From assembly GCA_001724265.1 (NCBI GenBank), contig MEDY01000140.1:1-64000 (forward strand): a DNA stretch of 64,000 nt. The letters run 5' to 3'. Below are positions 1 through 11,347 of this stretch, in pieces. Source of the DNA: Rhizaria sp. SCN 62-66 (taxonomy: Eukaryota). A program made the position numbers and the translations under genes. Numbering within the stretch: position 1 is the stretch's first letter; each line of letters starts with the position of its first letter. A model generated the notes under the pieces. That model saw only the letters and a list, made by a program, of their open reading frames with translations, was not told the DNA's origin and ran no database searches.

Positions 1-1
1 C

Positions 2-879
2 GTGTACAAAGCGTTCTGCGTGCGGCTCTGCGACGTAAGTGTCGTCATTCTCGGTCAAGACCCCTGCCCCCGCGCGGAAGTCAACGTTTACTTGGAGGGG
101 TCAACGGAAGTCAGCGAAAACAAGCAGACAAACAACGGTTTCGCGTTTTGCACATGCGCAGACTGGACCGAAGATTGCCCTCCTTCGGTGCTCAACGTGA
201 TCGAAGAAATGTACAACTGCATGGCCCCGCCGCACTGCAGTATCCGCTATGACGACATGATCGACCCGCTGTTGAATCGCATCGACAAGCAGATCCCCGA
301 TGCCATGCTGCACGATCACGGCCGGTTTCTCGCGCGCCAGGGCGTGTTGCTGCTCAACTGCGCGTTGACCGTAGGTAACGAAACGCCTGGCTCTCACGTC
401 GGCGCGTACCGACCGCTGACGCGCGCGGTGCTCTCCGCGGTCGTTCAGGCGCGACAGGGCAAGGTCGTGCTTATCACTATTGGCAAGACCGCCGCTGAAA
501 TGGTTGAAGGAATTGCCGGAGGGTTCCTGGCCCACTTTGAGACGGGCCACCCGTCGACACTCAACCGGCAGGCGTTCGTTGAAGGAGCCAAGGGCCAGTT
601 CGTCGGTTCAGGCGTGTTTCGCGGCGCTAACGACGTCTTGCTGCGGCACGGGGTCGCCACGTACAGTCACAAGCGCGGATCTACCCAGCGCGCCGTCACC
701 GGTGTGCATTGGCTGCCGCCGGAGTGGCTGCCGGAGCGCTGGCGTCACACGCCGCAGTTGAGCTCCACTGAAGTCAAGCTGGAGCCGCTGCGCAAAGGGC
801 TCTGGCAACGCTCCTCACAGTTCGGGAAACCGCCGCCGTGCAATATGTCTCGCGCTCGGCCCGCGAATGATCTCGCCTC

Positions 880-921
<42 letters not shown>

Positions 922-1465
922 TGAGAGCGAGGTCGAAGAGAATGGCAACGGTGGAAAGTCTCGCGGTGGTTGGGCGGCGTATTGGGCTCAACGCAGAGCG
1001 CGCGAAGCGCAAGACGAGAACAAGGGCGAGGTCGAAGAGAATGGCAACGGTGGAAAGTCTCGCGGTGGTTGGGCGGCGTATTGGGCGCAACGCAGGGCGC
1101 GCGAAGCGGAAGAACGCGAAGAGCAAGACCGGCAAGAGCGTGCGCGCGAAGCGGAGCGGGAAAGGCGCCAACAGCACCAGGAGCGGCGGCGGCAGTGGCA
1201 TCAGGGAGGCGCGCGCGGCAAGCGGCGCTATCAAGACGATGACGACGAGTCTGGGGAGCAAGAGGACGACGATGAAGACCAAAGGGGCCGGCGCGGGTAC
1301 CGTGGCTGTGGCTATGGTCAGTGGGGTCAAGGACGCGCACAGAACCGTTATGAGAAGGAGCAATATGACGATGCTGAGGAAGAAGACGATGACCGCGAGG
1401 AAAAGGCCAAAGCTCGGAGGCTCTTCTGGGCCCGGAAGAACGCCGCACAAAAGCGCTGGCGATGA
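2..1465 (+). CDS. Divergent uracil-DNA glycosylase family-1 (UNG-like) protein, 5'-partial, with acidic/Arg-Gly-Trp-rich C-terminal tail
   Basis: Motifs VVILGQDPC (53-67), NGFAF, PPSVLNV, ARQGVLLLNCALTV, GSH, HPSTLN, F-GSG-F-AN-L, VHW in UNG order; ends TGA; the N-terminus lies outside the window. Confidence 0.88.
881..921 (+). repeat. (GAGGAC)n microsatellite encoding an EDEDED acidic run
   Basis: Direct reading of sequence. Confidence 0.9.
929..1108 (+). repeat. Two-copy 81-nt direct repeat (period 99 nt) encoding EVEENGNGGKSRGGWAAYWAQRRAREA
   Basis: 929-1009 and 1028-1108 differ only at two synonymous positions. Confidence 0.95.
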
Positions 1466-2824
1466 AGTACACATGGTCATGCCTGGGCGCTTGAACCATA
1501 TGATCGCAACGTCAAAGCAAAGTTGAGTTATTTTTCTTGAAGTGACTTAAAGTACAGAGGGTCCAATGACTTTGTCATCAATAGTGACGCACGCTAAAAA
1601 GACGTGCAAAAGATGCGACATCTCGAAAAAGCACATCAGAACGTGCGCACGACGGCCGGCTAATAATGCACTTTTGTTTTTCGGCTCAACCACCATATTC
1701 CTCCCTCAACATTGGTCACAGTTCAAAGAGAGGTAAGGGGCAAGGGGAAGAGCGAGCAGATGACATAATAAGTATCGACCAAAAAGACACCAACTTTGAC
1801 CGCCTCACTCGTCATCAGCCTCCGCACTATTCTCCATGCTCACAGTTTTTTCAGCACACCCGGGATTTGTATGGTGTAAACTACTTTTACACTCACGAAT
1901 ATACTTGAACAAGTTCGTCTTGGAGCGCGGCGCTTTGGTGCATGAGGTAGATGATCTTGTAGGGAATGGTGGTGTGGTTCAGGCGCTTGAGGAGGAACAG
2001 GGATGTAAAGCTGGCGGCGTAGCTGATGGGAAAATAGTACGCCCCGCACTCCATGGTGTTTGCGGGGGGTAGCCCTCTGCGTGTGGCCCCTCCGCATCCC
2101 CAGTCTTTATCAGCTCCTCAAAGATAGCAACTTTGAGCCACCAGACCATGTAGGGCCCCCTCCGGACCGGTACTCCCGAAAGCGCATCCTTGTGACGTGT
2201 GCTTAAGTTCAACCTTTTGTCCTCTGACATCTAGTCTTCAGGTGAAAATGCGATATAGAGGGTTGATGTCTTTGACCTGAAGTTTAGAGGGCGGTTTGAG
2301 CCGTTTGATGGGGCTAATCTACACGTATACTGCAAGACACACAATAATACTTAAAAAACGTATTTTCAACTACGCATAAATTACAATTCATACCGTTAAA
2401 TTTACATCGACGGCTATTTCATGTGGTAATCCAGTGATGTTTTTTGGGGATGGGGAGTCTGGCCGAGTGCCGCCACACCCAATTTGTGACCCCAGTGTGA
2501 GTGACTTTCTCCCCGAGGTCTTCAATGTCGTTGTGTATGACGCACAAGCGGCGTGTAATCGGAGGTGTTTTTTTATTTCGAAATAAATATGTATCATTGA
2601 TAACTGCTTTGATTGGATGTGAATGAGTTAACGCGAACTTTCCGCCGTAACTCCCCGCGACAAAGATTGTCCCCTTTCTGTGGGTCAGCCCGTCCAGCAC
2701 ATGACTCATCCCACATATTCTGACAGACCTACGCATGAATCAAACGGTATGATTTAATATAAGCACTGCTCACACGTGTGAAATGTGTATTGTGTTCTCC
2801 GTGTGACATTTAGCCTCTTTGCGG

Positions 2825-5731
2825 ATGAGCACTGCGAGGCTAGATCTCAAACAGCTCCACGACAAGGAGCGCGAATACCAACGCCTCTACTCCGCAGCCC
2901 GGATGGAAATGAAACGAGCTGAAGCCGCAGCTTCTGCCGCAGGCGCCATTCTTCCGGCTATGGATGGGCGCGTTATTGCAGCAACTGAGCATGCGAAGCA
3001 AGTTCACGCTGCTCTCGTGCAAGCCACGCAGGCCCTCGCTGCTGCCGAACGGGCACGTATGCCCGCCGCCGCTGCTGCAGCTCCTGCTCCCACTCCCCCC
3101 GTTGCGCCGACTCATGTGGCAAACGCGTCTCTCAAAGCGAAGCGTGCTCTTATGCAGCATACAGAACAAGCGTCCCTCGCACTCCGCCAGCAGGCGTCTG
3201 CCGCTCACAAGGCCCTAATCAATGCAAGGGCGCGTCCTCTGTCGCCCGATCCCGGCCAGGCCAAGCAGCAGCTCGACCAGATTGAGAAGCTTGTCCTGAC
3301 TGTCAGCGACCTTAGCAGCAAGGTGAATGCCGCCGTGGATGTTGCTAAGAAGGCGCTCAAGGAGTACAACTCGGCTGCTGCCTCCGCTGCTGCTCCCGCT
3401 GTTGCGCCCGCTGCGCCCTCTGCGCCCTCCCGCAACACTGCTGCGGCGGCTAAGTCCACAAACCCCGCACAGCCAGGTCAGCTCGCCAAGCTTCGTGCCG
3501 CGGCGACTGCAGCGCGGGCCAACGCTGATGAGATCGTTGCACGAGCGACTGCTGCGCGGATGGAGCTCAATGCGACCAAGGCGACTGCAGTGCCCAAAGA
3601 CGCTCGCCTGGCGCAGCAGCACCGCGATCTCATTAAGAACCTCGAGATCTTGGCAAAACATCATAGCGACAACGCATCTCGTGCGGGTGGCGAGGCGAAG
3701 CTTGCACAGGACAAGTATAACGCTGCTGTCGCGAAGGAGAGGCCGCTGCAGAACGCAAAGCCGAAGGCTTCGTCCAAGGGTCCTGAGGACGATGCCTCCA
3801 GCCACGCTACCGCCGCCGCGGCACGCAACGAGCTGCTCTTGCGTTATCAGGAGTTGCTGCGCGAGGCACGGACTCTTCAAGTCGCCGCGTCCGAGGCTAC
3901 CAAGACCGCGAACGCGGCTCAGCGCGCTCTCGCGTCCAATTCTAACGCTGGTGGCGCGCAGCAGCAGCGTGATCACGTCAACGCACTGAAGGCTGCCGGT
4001 AGGAGCGCTTGCTCAAGGGCCTCGATGGCCACAAACCTCGCCGACATTGCACTGCGCAACTACGAGGCTTTTGGCCGTCCCCTCGCAGTGCAGCAGGCTG
4101 CAGCGGCCAGACCGGCTCCAAACACCCGCCCGGCTGCTGCGGCCCGCCGTGCCGAGCAGCGCGTCCGTCGCCACGAAGAGGACCAGAACTACTCTGACGA
4201 TGAGGACAGCGACCGCAGTGACGACGATGACAGTGATGATGGCGGCGGTGGCGGCGGCGGTGATGATGGCGGCGGTGGCGGCGGCGGTGATGATGACGAT
4301 GATGACTACCCTGACGACGCACCGAACGCTCCGCGCATGAACGTTGCGTGGGAGTTTTACTCCACCACGTTACCGCACTACGACTGCGCCTGTCAGCCCT
4401 GTGTCAACAACAACTGTCGGTGTCGCGCTCGCCGCTGTATCGACGGCGTCAGGTGCCCCTGCGCAGACGTGCCCGAGTGGTACAACGATCTCGTGGAGAG
4501 CGATCCAAATATTCTGCTCCGCGTGCGTAGGTTGTTGAGGCGCGCCCACATTAAGCTTGACGAACGCAACTTCAACAAGCTTAAGAAGAAGCAGGAGGAG
4601 AGTGGTGAGCCTCTGCTGCCCGAGACTGCCCGCGCCAAGAAGCCGTACTGGGACGAAACAACGGAGATCACTCCTGCATTCCGCACTCAGCCGACGGAGC
4701 CCAGTGTGATTTTTGCTGCCTTTAAGCATGTGCCGCTTCACAAGGTGCGTGTTGTCGTGCTCGGCCAAGACCCCATGACTCGCGAAGGCGGTGCCAACGG
4801 CTACCCTTTCTGCTCAGCCACGGACGACATTAACGATGCGCACAACACGGTTGTCAACGTACTGCACGAGATGCACAACTGCACCAACAATGGTGTAACC
4901 GAGGTTTTAAGTTAGCCCACGCACATGAAGAACTTTACCGACCGCATCGTCAACTGCACTGAGGACGCGCCGTTATCCAAGCACGGTCAGTTCCTTGCTT
5001 CTCAAGGCGTGTTGATGCTTCATTCTGGGCTTACAGTCGCGAACGACAACCCGCGCTCGCACTTGCACGCGTGGCGACACTTTACACAAGCTATTCTTCG
5101 ACTCATCGTGCACACAAACCCGGACGTCCTTATCGTGCCTATCGGTGTGGTTGCGCGTGACATGGTGGCCACATCGCTCCTTGGTGTTAACTACAAAAAA
5201 CTGTGGAACGCCCGCTCACGCCGCCGCGTGCACGAGCTTGTCACGGGAACCTATATCGAGCGTGACGAGGACTGGATTCTCCACGACAACGTCGGTGCGG
5301 GCATTACTGCTGCTGGTCGCCGGATGTTTCGCCCATCCCAGATCTTTTACGCTGGCCACCCGTCGAAGCGGAATAGTGATTTGGAAAAAAGGGGCGCGCT
5401 GCACCGTTTCATCGGCTCCGATGTGTACCGCAAGGTGAATCGCTATCTTGCATAGCACGGCCGCGACCCCGTGCACTGGCTGCCCGCCGACTGGCTGGGG
5501 CCCCAGCCCGACTACCTCGATGACGAGCCGCTTGACATCGCCGACGAGGCCGAGATTCCCGGCTACATTAACGCGCCCCGTGGCCAGGATCATGTGATGC
5601 GCCGTCTGCCTGTGCCGGTGTCAATGGCCGACCTGGTGCCGCCTGTCCTGCCCGAGCCTCCGGGCCAGGAGGGCCCTGAGGGCCCTGCTGGCCCTGGCCC
5701 TGCTGCTGGCCCTGAGGGTCCTCATGCGTAA
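2825..5731 (+). CDS. Second UNG-like protein (~968 aa): N-terminal Ala-rich helical repeats, Asp/Gly linker, Cys-rich cluster, UNG-like domain; two in-frame TAG codons (4913, 5453)
   Basis: ORF-track pieces 2819..4915, 4925..5455 and 5471..5731 are one frame separated only by TAG; motifs VRVVVLGQDPM, ANGYPFCS, ASQGVLMLH-LTV, HPSKRN, NRYLA*HGRDPVHW span all three; ends TAA. Confidence 0.8.
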
Positions 5732-6998
5732 GCTAAGCCTCGAGTAAATGTGTGCGCGGCTTGTCAGTAGTTCTCACTCGTAACGCACCCTTGTGGCGTT
5801 ACACTCTCTCTACCCGACTCAGTGTATTGGCTGTGTAGTGTCTGTTTTTCGCTTTCACTTAAGTCAAACGTGTTCGCACCTTCACGCTCTATGGAGGGTG
5901 TGGTTTTAACCATATTTGAATGAGACGTATGTTTTTTTAATTTTCCTCTGATCCCATTGATCCCACTGACTGCCTTGTGTTTTTTGGGACAATGATGTGT
6001 GCATATTCGGGAATTGAGCTGAGACATACGCCTAACTGCGACCCTCGACTCAATCCGCGATGTCACCATTGTGTGCTTTTATTTTTGACTTTAATATCAC
6101 CCGTGTGACGCTTTGCCGCACGCCAGTTCTTTAATTTCATCATCATTGATTTTTTAACGCACCACGTTTATGTGTTGCTAATTGGCAGACTCGCGACTGC
6201 GACCGCTGTACGCAGCTACTTCTCGACCGCAAAACTGTCAACTCATTTGACACGCATGGATGTTCGTTCTAAGTAGCGTCCACTTCCTGGAGACTCACAT
6301 GACCTCGTATCGCGCGCAGCACGCGCCTGCAGCAATACTGAGTCACCTGGAACATGGGCCTCTGTATCTCCTAATACATTGCATACACATCTTTATGAGC
6401 ATATGCACAGTTTCATGTACATTGTGACTGGACTAACGTTCAGTTCCTTTGTGTTTTTCACACTACTCGGCGTTGTTTGGCCTCTATTCAACTTATATGC
6501 ATCTTACGTGGCACCGTTCGATTTTTTCGACCCAAGAAGTCAGCAAAGCGAGGCGGATCTCATCAAGATCCGATTACTTTATCGGACTTCTGTTGACACA
6601 CGGCGGTCGTGTGTGTGCATACTGTTCTTTGATGATATTGTGCGTGTGCTATTGTATATCTACAATTTGGAAATATTATCTTTCAACGAACTTAATACGG
6701 TTAAATCTGCGTATTAACATAGACTCAAGATCGGGTGATTGAATCACCAGAATGCAATATCGTCCTCAGCCCATGCTTAGCAATGCAGAATTTGGTTGGG
6801 GACATATTATGAAATGGTATGCTCGTGTGTCATCGATACTGCGCCGCGTGCATTTGACTTACACTTGAACTCGACCTCGTGATCGCCTCTTTCCGTCGCT
6901 TCCATTCAACGGTTGCCCCTCCCAACCATCGCTCTCCAACTATCCTATATCACCCGCAACCGGTCTCGATCACTGCAACAGAACTCAACTCTACAACC

Positions 6999-8584
6999 AT
7001 GGCCGAGAGTACGTACTATATCCTGCGCCAGCATCGCCTGAGTAATTAAATTGAACCTCATATCTCGCATCATTGTCCTTCATCTGAACCACGTGCTCAT
7101 TCTCACTCGCTTCGCCTACACACTGTTCTCATCGCACCACTGAACCCTCCACGCAGCCGCCTCCGTCTTTGCTTCCGTCCCCGTCGCGCCCGCGGACCCC
7201 ATCCTGGGCATGGCCGCGCTGTTCCGCGCCGACACCGACCCGCGCAAGGTGAACGTCTCCATCGGTGCCTACCGCACCGACGAGGGTAAGCCCATGGTTC
7301 TGCAGTGCGTCCGCGAGGCCGAGGCAGCGATCCTGGCCGACGCGTCCCTCGACAAGGAGTACCTCACCCAGCGCGGCAACGCCAACTTCTGCAACCTCGC
7401 CCGCGCCGTCATGCTCGGCGCTGACTGCCCCGCAACGGCTGAGGGACGTGTCGCGACGGTGCAATCACTGTCCGGCACCGGCGGCCTCCGTGTCGCCGCC
7501 GCGTTCGCCGCGCGCTTCCTCGCCCCGCCCGCGGTGTTTTGCCCCGCGCCGACGTGGTCCAACCATCTGTCGATCCTTGAGGATATCAACCTCAAGGCCG
7601 GCAAGTACCGCTACTGGTGCCCCAAGACCCGCGGTCTCGACATCGAAGGCATGATCGCCGACCTCAACGCCGCCCCGGCAGGCTCGCTCGTGCTGCTCCA
7701 CGCGTGTGCGCACAACCCCACTGGTGTGGACCCCACGCACGCGCAGTGGGAGCAGATCGCCGCTGTCTGCAAGGAGAAGAAGCTCATCCCCTGGTTCGAC
7801 TCGGCCTACCAGGTACGCAAAAGTCAAAACAATATCGATTCATTACAAGTGGCACACATGCACTCACATTGCAATAACGCGTTGGTTTGACTGATAACTC
7901 CAATTTTTCTTTCTGAAAGTCATAATTTATTTTGGATACTGATTGCTATCATGCCAAACTTGTCTAACCTTCTCTTCTTCTGATTCGTAACTCTTGTTGT
8001 GTAATCTATTCGTACAGGGCTTCGCGTCTGGCTCGCTGGACGAGGACGCTTGGGCCGTGCGCTACTTCATCAAGTCTGGCCTTGAGGTCCTGATCTGCCA
8101 GTCTTTCGCTAAGAACATCGGCCTTTACGGCGAGCGTATCGGCACTTTCTCCGTCGTCACCTCGTCCGCCGCTGCCGTGACCCCGATTCTGTCGCAGCTG
8201 GACCTCATCATCCGCACTCTGTACTCGTCCCCGCCGCTCCACGGCGCGCGCATCGTCGAGCGCGTGCTCTCCTCCCCCGAGCTGACCACCAAGTGGCACG
8301 AGGAGATGCGCGTGATGTCTTCGCGCATCCGCGACATGCGCGCTGCTCTGCGCAGTGAGCTTGAGACGCTCAAGACCCCGGGCCAATGGGGGCACATCAC
8401 CGACCAGATCGGCATGTTCTCGTTCACCGGGCTTACCCCCGAGCAGTGTGAGATCCTGATCAAGAAGCACCACATCTACCTGCTCAAGTCGGGCCGCATC
8501 TCGATGGCCGGCGTCACGTCGCACAACGTCAAGTACATCGCTGCTGCCATGGACGACGCCGTCCGCACCGCGCCTTCCGCGTAA
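6999..8584 (+). CDS. GOT1: Aspartate aminotransferase, cytosolic type; exons 6999-7008, 7157-7812, 8018-8584
   Basis: PADPILG, KVNVSIGAYR, LHACAHNPTGVDP, FDSAYQGFASG (across intron), SFAKNIGLYGER (PLP Lys), GRISMAG; GT-AG introns keep frame; no presequence; ends TAA. Confidence 0.95.
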
Positions 8585-8923
8585 AGTCCCACGTAGCACT
8601 TTATGTATGCGGCAGTTATGATTAAGAACAGTTTCCTTTTATATACAAAACAATGATTATGAACGGCTGTCTTGTTTTGGTCTGCATATCCTGTGATTTG
8701 TGCTGAATTGCATAGGCTGTCCGTGACAACATGAATCGGCTGCTCGGCTTGGTCAGCCGTCTTTTAATGTAGATATCTCACTGGTAGATCGTCACTTTAG
8801 TATTTAGTTAGGTGTGTGATATTTAGATTTAATATTTTATTGTTTCCCCTTTTAAAATATTCTGCAAATACCTAGGTCGCTCGCAAGAGAGCAGCCCTTA
8901 TTCTACTCTAGCCCTGACGAAAC

Positions 8924-11347
8924 ATGCTGCATCCCGTAATCACCATCGCGGGCGCCTCCGCTTGTGTCGTCCCGCTCTTCTGGCGCGCGCTAGTCCACCA
9001 CAACAGCTACAACGGCAGGTTTCCGGCGATTTTTATCCCGCGTCTCTTTTTCGTCGTTTACGCCTTCGCCGTCCCACTGGGCCTCCTCGCTTCGCTGTCG
9101 TTCGTGTTGTTCCTTCTCTGGCTGCTCTCGATCGTAACCCTGCTCGCCGCGCTCCGCGTATGCGTCGCGCTGCAGCGCCGCCGCGTGTCACACCCGCGCG
9201 CGACCGTGCTGGGTCTGTACCACCCGCACTGCGATCAGCGCGCGGGCGGCGAGAAGGTACTCTGGTCCCTCGTCGAGACTCTTCTCGCGCAGACAGCGTA
9301 TGACATCGTGATTTACTCCAACGCGCTCACAGCCGACCAGGTCAGCGCGGGTGCCAAGTGGATGCAGGAACGCGGAATCACCGTTGATAGCTCCGCAGCC
9401 AAGCTCGGCGACAAGGACTCCGGTGCCCTCGCCCTCGATGTCACCACTACCACTGGCGCTTTCGCTGGCACTGGCTGCGCTGGGGGAGCCACTCTGCGTC
9501 GTCTGCCTGTCTGGCAAGGGCACGGCCAGTTCATCCTCCACCAAGCCGCGTCCATCTTTGCCCTGCCTGCACTCACCACTCCTTCCGCACTGTCCCGCGT
9601 GCGCTTCGTCTTTCTTTCTCACACGGACATGACCGACGCCGCCCACCACCCACGCCTCACTCTCCTCACGCAGTCGCTCGCAGCGCTGCTCCCCGCGATT
9701 GAGGCCGCGCTCGCCACGGTGCTGCTGCCCGACGACGGCACCGCGCTGTGCAGCCTCGGGTCCATGCGGCTTAACTTATCCTTCCGTGCTCCTGACGCTG
9801 TGATGGACACGGCCGGGTACCCCTTTGCGGTGCCCGTGTTTGCCGCCGCGGTGGGTCTGGCGGGTGCGTATGTGCACTACCCGATCATCACGCACAGCAT
9901 GATTGCGCGTGTGGAGAGCGGACAGATCGAGATCGCGAACTCTCTCACTCTCAGCGATCGCACAGCGACTAATAGCGCTGTTGTGAAGCGGAGTAAGCTT
10001 GGTGAAGTCAAGGCGCGCGTCAAGATGGTATATTACCGCGTTTTCGCCGAGCTATACCGCCTTGCCGGTCTTGCCGCGACTGTTTTGACCGTTAATTCCC
10101 ACTGGACACAGCGGGAGCTCGACAAAGTCTGGCGCCGTTCCGGTGTTTCCCCGCACTGGCAACCCTCCACAGGTCGGGGTACGCATGGAAAACATGACGA
10201 GATGACTGTGAGCAAGGCGCTTGAGCTGCGTGAGCGCACGGTGCCCTGTGTGTTTCCGCCGTGCAAGACCGGGCCTCTGTCCCCCGCTCTCGCCACAGCA
10301 TTCGCCAACAGCAATAGCAGCGGTAAGAGGAAGAGCGTTGCGATTCCCGACGGCGAGCTGGTGACGGATGCAGACTCACAGCGCAAGCCCGTGTTTGTGT
10401 CGCTGGGCCAGTTTCGGCCAGAGAAGAACCACATGCTCCAACTCGACGCATTCGAACGCGCGCTCAAAACGCTCTCGTCTGACTCACTCCCCCAGTCCAC
10501 GTCCGACTCCAACCGTAACGCTGACTCTGCTTCTGTATCTGCGACAGGCTCCCACTCTGCGCCGCTGGAGCTCGTGATGATCGGCACAACGCGCGCCGAG
10601 GACATGGGCCGCATCGCCGCTCTGCAACAGGCCATCAAGGACCGCGGCCTCAGCCACTGTGCGCGAATGCTGTTCGACGTGCCGCGCGCAGAGCTCGACG
10701 CCGTGCTTGCCACGGCTTTGGGCGGACTACACTGCATGCGCGATGAGCATTTCGGCATCGGCGTTGTGGAGCTACTGGACGCCGGTATTGTGACCATTGC
10801 GCACCGCAGTGCGGGACCTGCGATGGACATTGTGGTGCCCGCGATCGTCGCTATTCCGGACTCCAGCACTGTTGATGCTGATGATAATGCCAAGAACAAG
10901 AACGCGATGAAGATGAAAATGGTTGTTGCGGCTGACCCCAGCGCGAGTCTGCAGTCCATCGCAGCCAGTGCAAGTACTCAGCATGGTGACCGTGAGCAGC
11001 CTGTAGACGGCGACGACGTGCAGCCCGTGGGGTACTTAGCCGAGACCGAGGCCGAGTACGCCGCGGCTATGGTTGACGTTATGCGCCGCTACCGTGCCGA
11101 AACCGCGGCTGCTAACAGCGCCAGCGCCAGCGCTAGTGGTAGTGTCAGTGGTCGTGACAATGCGAGTGATCGTGATCGTGCAAACACCAACGGACTGCGT
11201 CAGTTGCGTCAGGCGGCGCGGCTGCGTGCACGGGCGATGTTTGGCGAGGATTCGTTCGCCGTGAATGTGATGAAGCATATCGTGGCGCCCGTGGACAAGG
11301 CGGTGGGACGCGCGAGTGCGCCTGGAGCTGGCAAGAAGAGTGATTGA
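8924..11347 (+). CDS. ALG11: GDP-Man:Man3GlcNAc2-PP-Dol alpha-1,2-mannosyltransferase with low-complexity insertions, single exon
   Basis: N-terminal TM segments, HPHC---GGEKVLW, DTAGY-FA, AYVHYP, NSHWT, GQFRPEKNH, EHFGIGVVE (EX7E); ends TGA. Confidence 0.9.
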   Translation: MLHPVITIAGASACVVPLFWRALVHHNSYNGRFPAIFIPRLFFVVYAFAVPLGLLASLSFVLFLLWLLSIVTLLAALRVCVALQRRRVSHPRATVLGLYHPHCDQRAGGEKVLWSLVETLLAQTAYDIVIYSNALTADQVSAGAKWMQERGITVDSSAAKLGDKDSGALALDVTTTTGAFAGTGCAGGATLRRLPVWQGHGQFILHQAASIFALPALTTPSALSRVRFVFLSHTDMTDAAHHPRLTLLTQSLAALLPAIEAALATVLLPDDGTALCSLGSMRLNLSFRAPDAVMDTAGYPFAVPVFAAAVGLAGAYVHYPIITHSMIARVESGQIEIANSLTLSDRTATNSAVVKRSKLGEVKARVKMVYYRVFAELYRLAGLAATVLTVNSHWTQRELDKVWRRSGVSPHWQPSTGRGTHGKHDEMTVSKALELRERTVPCVFPPCKTGPLSPALATAFANSNSSGKRKSVAIPDGELVTDADSQRKPVFVSLGQFRPEKNHMLQLDAFERALKTLSSDSLPQSTSDSNRNADSASVSATGSHSAPLELVMIGTTRAEDMGRIAALQQAIKDRGLSHCARMLFDVPRAELDAVLATALGGLHCMRDEHFGIGVVELLDAGIVTIAHRSAGPAMDIVVPAIVAIPDSSTVDADDNAKNKNAMKMKMVVAADPSASLQSIAASASTQHGDREQPVDGDDVQPVGYLAETEAEYAAAMVDVMRRYRAETAAANSASASASGSVSGRDNASDRDRANTNGLRQLRQAARLRARAMFGEDSFAVNVMKHIVAPVDKAVGRASAPGAGKKSD

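Noticed and set aside
929-1108. CRISPR-like repeat-spacer pattern
   Set aside because: Only two copies, inside a coding frame, eukaryotic context, no cas genes
2819-5731. Calling UNG paralogue 2 a pseudogene or three separate genes
   Set aside because: Both breaks are TAG with no frameshifts, and the same pattern occurs in unrelated genes; not fully excluded without expression data
6379-6742. Short ORFs in the AT-rich gap before the aminotransferase
   Set aside because: Intergenic composition, no motifs, atypical codon usage
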